64,000 nucleotides of DNA from Nemertoderma westbladi (taxonomy: Eukaryota; Animalia; Xenacoelomorpha), in the NCBI GenBank assembly GCA_032718475.1, contig JAUCBJ010000785.1, positions 57,837-121,836 on the forward strand, given 5' to 3'. Position numbers and translations under genes: made by a program. Of this stretch, positions 39,501 through 50,412 are shown piece by piece. Numbering within the stretch: position 1 is the first letter of the stretch; each line of letters opens with the position of its first letter. Below the pieces are notes generated by a model. It saw nothing but the letters and a program-made list of their open reading frames with translations, did no database searches and was not told the origin of the DNA.

Positions 39501-42500
39501 TCTGATGAATTCTGTATGACTTCCAAATCTTGGAAAGCCCATTCAAGGCTGCCCATGCCTTTTCCTTACGTATTTGAAGGTCCTCACCTGTTTTCCGGAT
39601 CCATGATCCCAGGTAATAGAAGTTGTACACATGCTCAAGCAAACCATCCTTTGAGCTTATGCTCATCTTTTTTGAAGTTATTTAATAGACCCACACTAGA
39701 AGCAGTCTGTTCTAATGCATGGAGGAGCCGTTAAAAAGTAAAGGCTTCCTCTAGTGATTCTGAGAGTACTCCTAAGTCATCATAATTGTCTAGATCAGTT
39801 AGGTACTTGGTAGGATTTCCTCGACTGCTGGAGCCCGTAGTGGGTGGAGTTACCATCACCCCATCATCATTATGATGATCTAAGAACATGCATAGAACAG
39901 GGTCAATCGCAATTATGAATAAGAATTGCGGAAGTGTGTCTCCCTGGAGGACTCCCCATAACATTTCGAATGGTTATATGTCACACAAATGTTGTTGAAC
40001 CACCATATACTGATCTGATTTCTGCAATAATTTCATCAGGAATCCCATATAATGAAAGTATGCTGAATATATGTTAGCGTGAGACTGCAACAAAGGCCTT
40101 AAAGAAGATAACAACCAGATGCCTCTATTTCTTTTTTTTCTTTTCTTTCTTTTTGGTTTCTTCTAAGTGCCAAAATGGGCTCCATGGTCACACGACCTTT
40201 ACGGAACCCATTCTGATTTCCACGAAGCAGTCTCTCAATGGGATCCCTGATGCGATTTAATAGAATTCTATTGTATAGCTTTGCAGCAATCGAGATCAAT
40301 GAGATTCCCCGAAAAGAACCATAGAGTGTTAGGTTGCCCTTCTTGGGAACTGGCACCAACTCATTTGTTTTCATTTCTTGTGGGACTCCTACTACATGTC
40401 TCCTATTATTGGATAAATGAGCTTCAAACACTCTAATTTAATTAATATAATTAATAGGTAATTTAAAGACCTTAGGGGGGACACCACCTACTCTACTGGC
40501 ATGATTGGCCATAATGCTCTTTGCAGAAGTCTCCACTTCAGCAAAGGAGATATCACCAATGGAAACACTGAATGCGAAACATGAATGCGAAACACTCACA
40601 CAATGCGGCTCTCTCTCTTTCTGGGTCAAATTGCCAAAAATGGAATATCATCCTTTACAATAACCAAGCAACCTATGTAAGCTATATACAAAATATATAC
40701 ATGAAAAGGTCCAAGTAAAGGTCCCTAGAAGAGACACAATTTTACAGCAATTAACATGCGACCATAATTTGAAAACATATTATTACTTATAAGTACAGCC
40801 TACTAGCCCAGGATTTTATTACCTAAATAACATTCAGGTATATGTTGGACCATCCAATGAATATATGTCCAAGTGCTGCATATATTGCTGCACTGCACAG
40901 GCTCCTTTCTAGCGTGAATTTAAGGAGGTCTGATTCTGGTCTGATATCCAGACATGGACTGCTTATTGATGCCAGAAAATGGTTCCTCTTTGACGATTAA
41001 TATGGGTTTCCATTTCTCTTATTTGTCTTATTGGACATCAACATGAATATCAGTTCATTCCACCAGAGAATAATTGTTGGTCAGAATCAATGTTAACTGG
41101 TAGTTTGTCCTTCTTGCTATGAATTGACAAAGATTCTGGACCTATTTTGGACTATGGAGGCAGCTTCTTCTAAGCGGTAACAAATCTTTGAGCTGCATAA
41201 AATGAATCTGAATGAGTGCTGCAAATACAGCCATGGAATTGCTAATTGAAATTGGTAATCCTGCCTTATCGATCCAATAATATCAGTGACACTGATTGGA
41301 GGATAACTGTAAACTATTACATATTTAGAAAATAAATTCTTTGCAACTGTCAGCAACTCTGCAACTGCAACCATACAGACCTACTGACAGGTTAAGCTTA
41401 TAGATATACTTCCAGAGAATTTATCTTTTACTCAATAAAAGCCACTATGTCATGTGATGCCAAACCCTGTTGCAATTATTATAAGAGGATGATGTGCATG
41501 CTTATCTTTGATCGTGGATTTACTAAGAATGATAGCTTCATTTCTATTGTTATCATATAGCCTAAATTCAGTGATGCCATGTTGAAGAATAACAAAGTTA
41601 GTAGCTTGGCTCCACCGAGACTAGCCCTGCACCTGAAAACGAACACGAACTTCCTCAAGGGACGCCATCCACCATGCAGCACAATAAGCTCGACCAGGAC
41701 ATAGTAAAGTCTCAATGGGATCCTTCCAGAGCGCATGTGAGACAATGTTCTACCATTGCCTCGCACATCTCTACCAGCCTATCACTGATGTGGTGGATGA
41801 GGATTTCTGCCATTGTATACCACACCGTTTCAGTCGAGTACTTAAGTAAACAACGAGATTCTTTGATCTTCGAAAACATCCTTGTAGTGTGCCTTCTTCG
41901 CCCACTGCCCATACCCTCTGCTCCAGGATAGACTCTTTAGATCAGTTGGCCTGGGTATATGAGGTGGTGTCAGGCTGAATATACCTTATGTTTCGGCGTC
42001 TAGGACCAGTACGCGCTAATCCTCGACACCTCATCAGCTGGACAGGGAATTAGCCAAGCCTAACTATATTGCACCATTGACCTAAATTAATCGCACCATC
42101 AACTCAGTTACCACTCAGCCCAAACAGACTTCAGACCTCAGAACATTGGAACCCTATAGGCCTACGGTAAGTAAACATGTTACCAATGGAAAACTGGTAG
42201 TTTGCTAGAGCAAACACACAGCACAAAAATTATATAAGATTTAACAACATGCAGTAATGCCGGAGTTCTGCTCTATCCCAGTAAAAATTCGGGATATTCA
42301 TATGTGATAATTGAATGTACCGACATACTGACTAACAGGGGGTTGTGATGTATATATTAAGGCTGTCCGTAAGTGTTTATTACTACACTGATTAATGACA
42401 CCATCCTCTGACCCCAGACCCCATTTACTTTTTACTTTACTTTACTTTACCCCCCCCCCCCCCCCCCCCCCACCATTGGCAATAGATCCGCCTGGACTGC

Positions 42501-45066
42501 ATGGACTGATTTCAAACCCATTTCCAAGTCCAGAAGGATAGGCCCAAACACTTCCCTAGGAGACAACTGTAATCAGGATCAAAGTAATCAAGCATCCGGT
42601 TTTCCAGAAACGCTTCTGGGCCCAGAGGTTGATGAATGGCCAGCTACTGATTCCTGTGTCCTCACCTACTCACCAATATGAAAGGCAGCGGTACATTGGA
42701 CTGTATCATTTTGGTTCATTAGCAGTCTCCAGATGCTGATTCCGCCATGTCACACTACGGGGAGTAGAAGCAACTCATTGTCATCCGGAATCATATAAAT
42801 TATAATTTAAATTAAAATGATTATTAAAATTATTATCAATTTAAATTAAAATTATTATCAATTCAAATTAAAATGATTATTAAAATTATTATCAATTTAA
42901 ATTAAAATGATTATTAAAATTATTATCAATTTAAATTAAAATGATTATTAAAATTATTATCAATTTAAATTAAAATGATTATTAAAATTATTATCAATTT
43001 AAATTTTTTTCATAAATTAATATATAATATGCTTTATTAAATAATTCCCATTTTAGGTGCACTTTTGATTAGTAGCATTGGACATAATATCAATCCATTT
43101 ATACCACCTGTTGGGAGATGTCAAACAGTTATATGGATATTATCTCTACCAATTAATCTACTATTATTTATTACCATCCCTGACGTCCGGAAAACAAGAT
43201 GGAAGAAATTATTTCCCATCAGTTTTGTTATGTCGACAATTTGGATTGCAGGATTGTCTTATATTCTAATATGGATGGTAACAATTATCGGTAAGTTATT
43301 TGGCTGGTTATCACCTTATGCACGTTAACCGTTTGTCTGTAATCTGCAAACAAGTATTGAGTTGTTTACTCACTTTAGCAGCTTAGCTTACAGTTTAGTT
43401 TACCTTGTTTTGAGGAGGGAGGAGTGGTTTGGCTTGTAGGGGATGGTTTGTCAACAGGATTCTCTGAACTGTTGGTTATAGCCCGAACTAAAACATTGTA
43501 GGCGAAGGTAGAAGTGAAACCGGCATTAGTTTCTGTGACTCTTTCATGAATAAAGATGATTGGGTGGGTTTTATATGATAAATATACAGTATGAATATAG
43601 ATGTACGATCTTTTAGAGTTTGTCTTAAAAACTCCTGGTTGCCCTGACAATATTCAGGGCAAATAACGATATAGTTAGTATCATATTTCGCTTTCAGGGA
43701 TTGTCTTGAAGCTCTAAGGTTACCTTGGTTACCATGTAAAATTGTCTACCAAACAACTAACAACTGAACTACAGTACTGCTACTATAATTCGTCTGCTGT
43801 GATGCAGCTGCACAGCATATTGAGATGCTCTGCTGGTAACAATATGTGAAAGGCGTAATGTGAATGTAGCGGCACAATATGTGCCGCCATCATGCAGTCC
43901 TAATTGGAACTCTGTAAATGTAATTAATGCATTAAGGCTATGCAGGCTAGCCGACAAAAGTATACTGCCACAACGGACTATCCCCCAACTGCCACAACGG
44001 ACTATCCCCCATGTCTTTCCTGGACAGTGTCCTTTAAGAAGGCGTCTCAAGTAAGTCATGGGCTTTTCACCATGCTTATTCACTCCGTGGTGGTGCGAAA
44101 GCACAACATTGTGCATAGAGTGGTTCTCTTGGCAAAAGCAAAAGCATACATAACCCAGCATTCAGAATGTCCATAAGAAGCCATGTGTTATGTCTTAGGA
44201 TTTCATTACACTGTTATTGTTATTAACACATAAAAAATAATTTAGCATTGAGAGGCTACTATATTTTTTATAAAACTTGTTAAAATAGTTATTGTCAGTA
44301 GTGGTTAAATATTGTTATATTCTTACAGGATTCACTGCAGGTATACCAGAAGTTGTTATGGGGTTGACATTACTGGCAGCTGGAAACAGTGTTCCAGACG
44401 CCATCAGTTCAATACTTGTATCTCGAGATGGTAAGTACTATATTTTGCAGTGCCTATAAATAGATGGTTTATTACCACTGGGTTGGGGAACTGTACTAAC
44501 ATTTTGTTTATGAGTACCAGTATGGCTATGATAAAACATTCTAGCACATTAAAGAGCTACTCAACCGTCAACAGTTCTTATTTCCAGAACCTTGGTTGCT
44601 TGATAATGAGAAACACAATATCTATGACAGAGAGCAGAACTCCTAATAATAAAAAAATGTTTTCAATTTTATATAAATAATAATTAGAATATTGCAGTGT
44701 TAAATACTTAAAATGTATATTAAGTGTCTTTTAATAAATATTCTAGGTTATGGCGATATGGCTGTTTCCAATGCTGTTGGTTCCAATATATTCGACATCC
44801 TCATCTGCTTGGGTCTACCTTGGTTTATCCAGACACTCTCTACCGGTAACTCAATATCCATTGCTTCACATGGACTAACTTACGACTCTATTATGGTTCT
44901 GTCTACAGTTGCTATACTAATAGTCTCTGTCTGTTCCAATAAATGGAGACTAGATGTGCGTTTAGGAATCATACTTTTAGTTTTCTATGTAATATTTTTG
45001 ATTTTAGCTAATCTGGTTGAAATGAATGTGTTTGGATATGTTAGACCACCTGTCTGTCCTTACTAG
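21316..45066 (+). CDS. SLC24A: K+-dependent Na+/Ca2+ exchanger (SLC24/NCKX family), paralogue B; complete, 10 coding exons, ~588 aa
   Basis: join(21316 or 21346-21505, 27854-28114, 28265-28348, 32633-32736, 35682-35914, 36091-36204, 37343-37467, 43057-43290, 44329-44430, 44747-45066). All introns GT-AG; 1767 nt in one open frame. Alpha-1 [16 protein letters not shown]; alpha-2 [14 protein letters not shown]...[15 protein letters not shown]. Confidence 0.93.
21679..22258 (-). mobile_element. MITE with a TTAA-CCCT terminus (piggyBac-like), internally deleted copy
   Basis: Ends ...taatAGGG-TTAA; both ends shared with the copy at 48232-49710. Confidence 0.65.
23716..27500 (-). mobile_element. 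Near full-length CR1/L2-group LINE (ORF1 + endonuclease + RT), disrupted, in SLC24-B intron 1
   Basis: ORF1 26538-27500 (coiled coil, [11 protein letters not shown]); [12 protein letters not shown]...RRDR...GGGI, SDHY; [29 protein letters not shown]; stops and frameshifts. Confidence 0.93.
26538..27500 (-). CDS. LINE ORF1p (intact 320-aa frame)
   Basis: SWADIV and [11 protein letters not shown] motifs typical of CR1/L2 ORF1; lies directly upstream of the endonuclease. Confidence 0.75.
   Translation of the reverse strand: MFNMSNNNGNSSHRRSNLNTNGTKQKQATWETIKVECSDFMQTWTEIEVRKKKTTLLSTSPFLCGFRSAGKIKNLEGLLANIHEELSSKAGSSETDSLQSEIKLVADSTSIETNILSLDMNSLKADVDEIIATHSQHLDACNTVTTYPNASNGSWADIVQKNTNQITDLQKKLAEQPPQPTAESIEKVIASKEQRKRNVIIRGIPGDVEASAELQRRSDTQFLNAALERTLEFCGISHLGNRREDGKPCPIRLIFQSIEATASIVSEKSFNTIIAPNDDPRRFYFDRDLSPYDQEIAFKERQLRRQQRHKKPTTEADWLD
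27854..28114 (+). CDS. SLC24-B exon 2
   Basis: [14 protein letters not shown]...[14 protein letters not shown]; ag/gt boundaries. Confidence 0.93.
28265..28348 (+). CDS. SLC24-B exon 3
   Basis: [27 protein letters not shown]; ag/gt boundaries. Confidence 0.93.
29300..31600 (+). mobile_element. 5'-truncated CR1/L2-group LINE (RT), degenerate, in intron 3
   Basis: [47 protein letters not shown]; frameshifted. Confidence 0.9.
32633..32736 (+). CDS. SLC24-B exon 4
   Basis: [23 protein letters not shown]; ag/gt boundaries. Confidence 0.93.
32790..34440 (+). mobile_element. 5'-truncated RTE-clade LINE (RT) with (TAG)n tail, in intron 4
   Basis: [58 protein letters not shown]; tagtagtagtag tail. 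Confidence 0.93.
35682..35914 (+). CDS. SLC24-B exon 5
   Basis: [13 protein letters not shown]...WAEA; acceptor at 35680-35681, donor gttagt at 35915. Confidence 0.88.
36091..36204 (+). CDS. SLC24-B exon 6 (cytosolic loop)
   Basis: ttttcag acceptor, gtaggg donor; phase-compatible hydrophilic sequence. Confidence 0.7.
36250..36500 (-). mobile_element. tRNA-derived SINE fragments
   Basis: A-box GGTAGCTCAGTTGG on the minus strand (~36320-36335); conserved-core-like GGGTCGATAAAATGAGTACC. Confidence 0.5.
36660..37140 (+). mobile_element. Highly degenerate RTE 3' fragment
   Basis: Similar to 39223-39666 (ggagtccatgctggact) and to 44010-44190. Confidence 0.5.
37343..37467 (+). CDS. SLC24-B exon 7 (cytosolic loop)
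   Basis: [13 protein letters not shown]...; phase 2 in and phase 1 out, fitting both neighbours. Confidence 0.7.
37583..38600 (+). mobile_element. RTE-clade LINE RT fragment (second family)
   Basis: [42 protein letters not shown]. Confidence 0.9.
39200..40570 (-). mobile_element. RTE-clade LINE RT fragment, inverted relative to 37583-38600
   Basis: Long identical stretches with the plus-strand copy ([38 protein letters not shown]). Confidence 0.9.
40850..42780 (-). mobile_element. Possible decayed DIRS-type (tyrosine-recombinase) retroelement
   Basis: Scattered minus-strand peptides PFINLWA...VWAYP (methyltransferase-like), RAYCAAWW...LSKSTIK, and HARKGAC...GWS (YR-like); heavily frameshifted. 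Confidence 0.33.
41985..42045 (-). ncRNA. Hammerhead-ribozyme-like core
   Basis: CUGAUGA, a 14-bp stem II hairpin, then GAAAC; stems I and III are not cleanly formed. Confidence 0.4.
42805..43005. repeat. 34-bp AT-rich minisatellite, about 6 units
   Basis: Unit aaattaaaatgattattaaaattattatcaattt. Confidence 0.9.
43057..43290 (+). CDS. SLC24-B exon 8
   Basis: [20 protein letters not shown]...[17 protein letters not shown]. Confidence 0.92.
44010..44190 (-). mobile_element. RTE 3' fragment
   Basis: [15 protein letters not shown]; matches ~37083-37125. Confidence 0.5.
44329..44430 (+). CDS. SLC24-B exon 9 (alpha-2 repeat)
   Basis: [31 protein letters not shown]. Confidence 0.93.
44747..45066 (+). 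CDS. SLC24-B exon 10 (terminal)
   Basis: [25 protein letters not shown]...[15 protein letters not shown] followed by a stop. Confidence 0.93.
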
Positions 45067-45784
45067 TATTGTGCAAGTTTCTAACTATTGTATTTGTATT
45101 TGTAAGGCAGGAAGTCTTTCCTTTACATTACAATTATATACAGTACCTATTTAAGCCAGAAGGAAAATAGTTGAGAGGGTTGCCTTGTTTCTGGTAAATT
45201 TTTTTATCAGTTATTGTAAGTAGTTTTGAATTTAGAGCTCTGTTAAAAAATTTTAAGATTTTGCATATAATTTGGTATTTTTTTAAATCATCTGAAATCT
45301 CCTTTATGGGTTATTTCTTCCCATATCAATTTCTTATTGTTATTTAATATAATAATACTAATTATTATTATCTTATTTTATTTTTTTAGTTCTGATCTTC
45401 CTGGTGAGTGCATATATAAATTTTTGTCTCTGTATTATTACCAAGGCAACCTTCTCGCTAAACAGTTCAGTAACTGTTCCCACTCTATTACGTTTCTATT
45501 AATATCTGACAAATATTTATTTAATTCTTTTAAAATTGGGTTGTATGAAAGAGCAATTTTGGAATTCTGGAATGATACCCAGTATACCTCCACTATGGAG
45601 TGTGACGTCACAAACTATCCTTCATAGATAAACTATCGTTTAGAATTTCCTGAAATAGGCATGCATTTATTCAACTTATTATTCATCAGACAGAGTCCAT
45701 ACAAAATCGATTTGAAAAGGTTTGGTCATAGATTTTGTTAATATTTGTGCAACATACGTATCATAAATGTTTGTTGCAGTATGA

Positions 45785-46042
45785 CATCCAGGATTGAGAA
45801 TAACTCAGTTTCAACATGTGGTGAGAGTACCTGAGTTTCTGTGTGTCACAATATAACAATCCAATGCCAGCAATATTTACTTCTGGTATTCCATAAGCTC
45901 TTAGGATTTCCAGCATTTTACATCTATGGATGGAGTCGAATGCCTTCTTGAAGTCCACAAAAGTCATGATTGCGGGGATATATTTTGACTTAATTCCCTC
46001 AATCAGTCTCCGTAGCGCAAGTATCTGAGCTATTGTTGATCT
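45785..46042 (-). mobile_element. RTE RT fragment (same family as 32790-34440)
   Basis: [28 protein letters not shown]. Confidence 0.88.
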
Positions 46043-47356
46043 ATAAAGTCAAAGTGATCTATAACTCGGGAACAAAAAAATATTTTTAAATTCTGCTTCT
46101 GTAGAAATAAAAATAACAAAAATGTAAAAAGTTTTATATTAGACTTTAGGTTTTGGGACTAATTGGTTTAATTGGATTTCCTTTGAACCCTTTATATATT
46201 TTCTACCTAAAAGTTAAAGGATTGATAGGGGGGTATACCCCCTTGGGAGTATAGGGGGTATAGGGGGTATACCCCCCGTAATGAGGATTACAAATCTGAA
46301 AACCCCTTAGTGAGACCTCTTTCAGTTCTCGAGTTATCACTGTTTTTCCGTATGACGGTCTGTCCGTCAAATTGTAAGAAAGACAGAAGACCGACAGACA
46401 GACAGATAGACTATATCCCACCAAAACTTAAAACTGCGACCACAAATCAAATCTGCGACAAAACAAATCAGCGACCCCGAAAACCCCAGTAATGAACATT
46501 TTAGGTCGTTGGTGTGCATCCTTCGTTCCAGAAATAATTAACCAACCAGAACAAAGACAGCCAATTTTGGCGGGGGACGGTTTAAACTTTGAAGAGCATT
46601 TTCTCGGAATGACATTTTTCATTTTCAAATTACTACTCCTCCGTCATGTTTCAACCAATTTTCTTCGTTTATGGCTCATTCGAACGAGCTTTGGAAGCTC
46701 TTTAAAAGTTATCTTATGGAATTTTGATAAATATTACCATTTTGTCTAGTTAGCCAATTTATTTAAAAAGATGATAATTAATTAATTTAATTAATTAATT
46801 AAAATAAAAATGGCTAATTATAAATTCTATAAGATATCTTTTGTAGAGTCGATCACGCTAAGTCCGAAAAAGAAATTTGGACAAAAATTGAGGGACTAGT
46901 AGCAATTTTAGGGAAATCTATAAATCCCCCGCCAGCCGCCTGGGGGATGCTACAAATTTTCAAATTTTACTATAAAGGCTATTTGGCATTCCATACAATG
47001 GTTGACCACGACAAAATATAAATTTTAATATTATCACTTAACACTAATTGACAGCCATTTTTAAAAAAGGTTCACGTTAAAACATTGATAATTTATATGG
47101 AGAACAACTATATACTGTAGCACTAAGAACAAACAATAATAGTTTCAAAGTTAATAGTTTCGATGATAAAGGATTCCACAACTAAAGAAAACTATGGACA
47201 TGTTGAAATTTTGAAATTTTGTTCAGTTTTACATTTATATAGGCCATTAGGCCTACTTTAGTTTGTTTGTTATACAAAAATCAATAAAAATAATATTAAA
47301 TGGTTCATTTATATATTTTGAAATACAGGTGTTACTGCACTGCAGTGTCACTGCAG

Positions 47357-48115
47357 TAGGACGGCGGTGTTTTTTTTATTTTTTTGATTTCATTTTCTAC
47401 CGGTGTGCAAAAGGTAAAAAATTAAGATAAAAATAATTTCTCTCAATTTCATATATATCTTGACTAATGCCAAGGGGGTTGAAATTTTGAGTCTTCGCGA
47501 TGCACCACAATTAAAATTATGGCACATATACAATATATTTATGACACATATTTATGGCACAAGATTTGGCACATGGCCAGATAAGAGGTTGCTGTCCAAT
47601 TTTTGTCCAATGGTTCAACCATAAACTGTTCGTTCGATTAGCTCTTGTTGGAGGCCTTATGACTCCTGCCACTGTCGGTTTTGTGGCGCGCCCGCCACAG
47701 ATATTACACTCGTTACAATGCAGCCTTCTACCGGACGATCTATCCCATCTGCGTCTCTCTTTTCACTTGCAGTCCTTACAAGACTCGTCACTTAATTTAT
47801 CTTAATTAATTCTTACTTTAATCATTTTACGATCTTTCTTCGACTTATTTATTTTATTGGTTTTATATATTGGTTTTATTTATTCATTTTAAACTCCCCA
47901 TTGGGTAAATAAAGATAACAATTTCATTAATGTGTTATATTGTTATAAATTTCATTGTGGTGCATTGCTAAGGCTCAAAATTTCAACCCGCTGCGGATAT
48001 ATCAAGTAAACAAAATTTAGGGAAATTTGTCTGTCTTACTTTTTTACCATTTGGTAACTTTTGCACACTGGCAGAACGATGAAATCGAAAAAAAAATCAA
48101 AAATGCACCGTGTTA
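47357..48115. mobile_element. MITE with long (~170-200 bp) imperfect terminal inverted repeats, TA-flanked
   Basis: ccggtgtgcaaaag pairs with cttttgcacactgg; aaattttgagtcttcgcgatgcaccacaat pairs with attgtggtgcattgctaaggctcaaaattt. Confidence 0.7.
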
Positions 48116-48231
48116 TACACAAGCCGTTCCATACAGGTATGTTGATCCGTGAATAACCAATCAGCTCACGGATCAATATTCCTGTTTTCATACAGGAATT
48201 ATTGATCCATTCAGAAGGAGTTGTCCCCCAC

Positions 48232-49710
48232 TTAACCCTATTATACCCGGGGGGGGGGGGGGTCAATATGACCCCCCCCCGTGGTATTTTTATTATAATT
48301 CTGAAACAGACGCAGTTGGGAATCTGAAAGTTTATGACTTTTCCTAAAAATCTATTGACTTCCTAGTAGTGAAAACCGTTTTCAAAAATATTGGGTAGTT
48401 TTCGAGTTATAGCACCATTTTTTAACCCTACATTTGTCACTTTTTTGAGACTTTTTTAAAAATTACATTTCATTAAATATGATTTGTAACTAATTGTATA
48501 TGATTGGGTGGAATTCATGTAAATTAATTTAGAAATTTCAAACTTGTTTTTTTCGGCGGGTGCCAAATTTTGGTGCCAGCACCAAATTTTGAATTATGTC
48601 AATTTGGAAATTGATTGATTTGGAAACTTGTTTTTTACGCAATTGGGGTTTTTTGGGGTTCTGGTTTCGATGGAATATATACGCATACGGGTTGCACCAA
48701 GCGTATCAAACTTGTATTTTTCGGTGCTGTGTGCAAATTTTGGTGCAAGCACGAAATTTTGAAAATACATTAAATTGATAAAATTGCTTGTGACAATTTA
48801 TTTATAGAGTTTTAGAGGTTTATGGCTGTTCTGAATTCAATGGAATATATAATTATCGAACTAGACATCTCAAACTTGTATTTTTCGGAAGTGGGTGCAA
48901 AATGTGCTGCCTCAGTAGCACCAAATTTTGAAAACCATCAAATAAATCAATTGATTGTGTCATCTTGTTTCTTGCGTTATACGGGTTCTGAAGGTTCTGA
49001 ATTCAATGAAATCAGTAAAAATTTCATAACAGTTTTCAAACTTGTATTTTTCGCCGGTGGGTGAAAATTGGTGTGCCAGCACCAAATTTTTGTAAATAAG
49101 CAAATTGATCAGAAGATAGTATCATCTTGTTTCTTGCGTTATACGGGTTTATGAGGGTCTTGAATCCGATGGAATCAATAAAAACAGCACTGGACATCGC
49201 AAACTTGTACTTTTTGGTGATGGGTAAGAAATTTGGTGCCAGCACCAAAATTTGCCATATTACGCCGAAAATGCAATTAGCAGTGATCTAGCAATTTAGA
49301 AATGTATTCCATTAGCGCCCCAGAAAACCTATAAATGTGAATTTACAACATTGTGAATTAACAAGTGAATTAAAAATGTTTTGTTCTAACGGAAAAGTGC
49401 TGGTTACTAGTTTTTTTCGTTTTTTTTTCCTACGCAGAGAGGACTAAACAGCCATTTATAGTAATCATACCATTTTTAAATATTTTCCAATGTATTCTGC
49501 GCCCCAGAAAATCTGTATTGAAAAACAATTAGCCGAAAAATGTAACTTTCAAATTTTGTGAAAATTGTGCACTACTTGTCATTTTCGTGCTGCAATATAA
49601 CCACCCCAGTAAATTTTTTCGACAATTTTCTTTTCGGTCAGATCCAGACTAGTGATACCTACGTACAAACAAAAAATCAGACGTTTTCGTAAAAATTTAT
49701 AGATTTTAGA
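48232..49710 (+). mobile_element. MITE with a TTAA-CCCT terminus (piggyBac-like) and internal gcaccaaaattt repeats
   Basis: Starts TTAACCCTATTA...gggggtcaatatgacccc; homologous to 21679-22258. Confidence 0.65.
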
Positions 49711-49857
49711 TTAATGGAGCAATATTACTGTACAGAACGGCTTCTTGTTATACTATCAGTAGAAATAAAATCAATGAACATTATTTTTATAATATTATTG
49801 CATTGCTTACAATAATTAGTAGTTATTTGCAGATTTTTGTATAACACAGAGCCATCA

Positions 49858-50412
49858 CTAAAACAAAATCTTCATTTCAACATGATAAGCCGAATTGGTG
49901 ACTGTAAACTTATACCAATATATTACTCCTCTCCAATCATTTGCACCATATTCGCCATTTAAGTTGCTATGTGAGCAACCTTTGAACCACCAGCCTCCTC
50001 CTCCCCCGTAATATGTTGAGCAGTTTATCGTTTCATAGGAATCATTATCGTTGTCCTTGGTAGAGAATGGCTGACCGTTGTTATATTCCAATGAGTCACC
50101 AGCAGTACCATGGTAACCGGAAACATGTAAGCGATAATTAGTTGCAGCTGATCCGATAGAGAAGTTGTCGTATTCCGCGTATTTGTGTTCGTTGTTGTAA
50201 TACCTTTTTTCATAATTGCTATTAACATTGGGATAAGCATATCCCTCTCCAGTGAACCACAAATCGACCCTCAACTTCACCCCGCCGTAACTCAGATTGT
50301 GGATCTTCTCCAACCCCAACCAAAAATTGGTATTCGGGTTTCCAAATCCTTCAACATATTCTAGCCAACTGCGATTGAAGTGGACGGTATCATCAATTCT
50401 TTGCTGTATCAT
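49858..50412 (-). CDS. Fibrinogen-related domain (FReD; ficolin/angiopoietin/tenascin-like) terminal exon
   Basis: tttcag acceptor, then IQQRIDDTVHFNRSWLEYVEGFG...FWLGLEKIH...FSTKDNDND...GGWWFKGCSHSNLNG...EMKI and a stop; open frame. Confidence 0.92.
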   Translation of the reverse strand: MIQQRIDDTVHFNRSWLEYVEGFGNPNTNFWLGLEKIHNLSYGGVKLRVDLWFTGEGYAYPNVNSNYEKRYYNNEHKYAEYDNFSIGSAATNYRLHVSGYHGTAGDSLEYNNGQPFSTKDNDNDSYETINCSTYYGGGGGWWFKGCSHSNLNGEYGANDWRGVIYWYKFTVTNSAYHVEMKILF

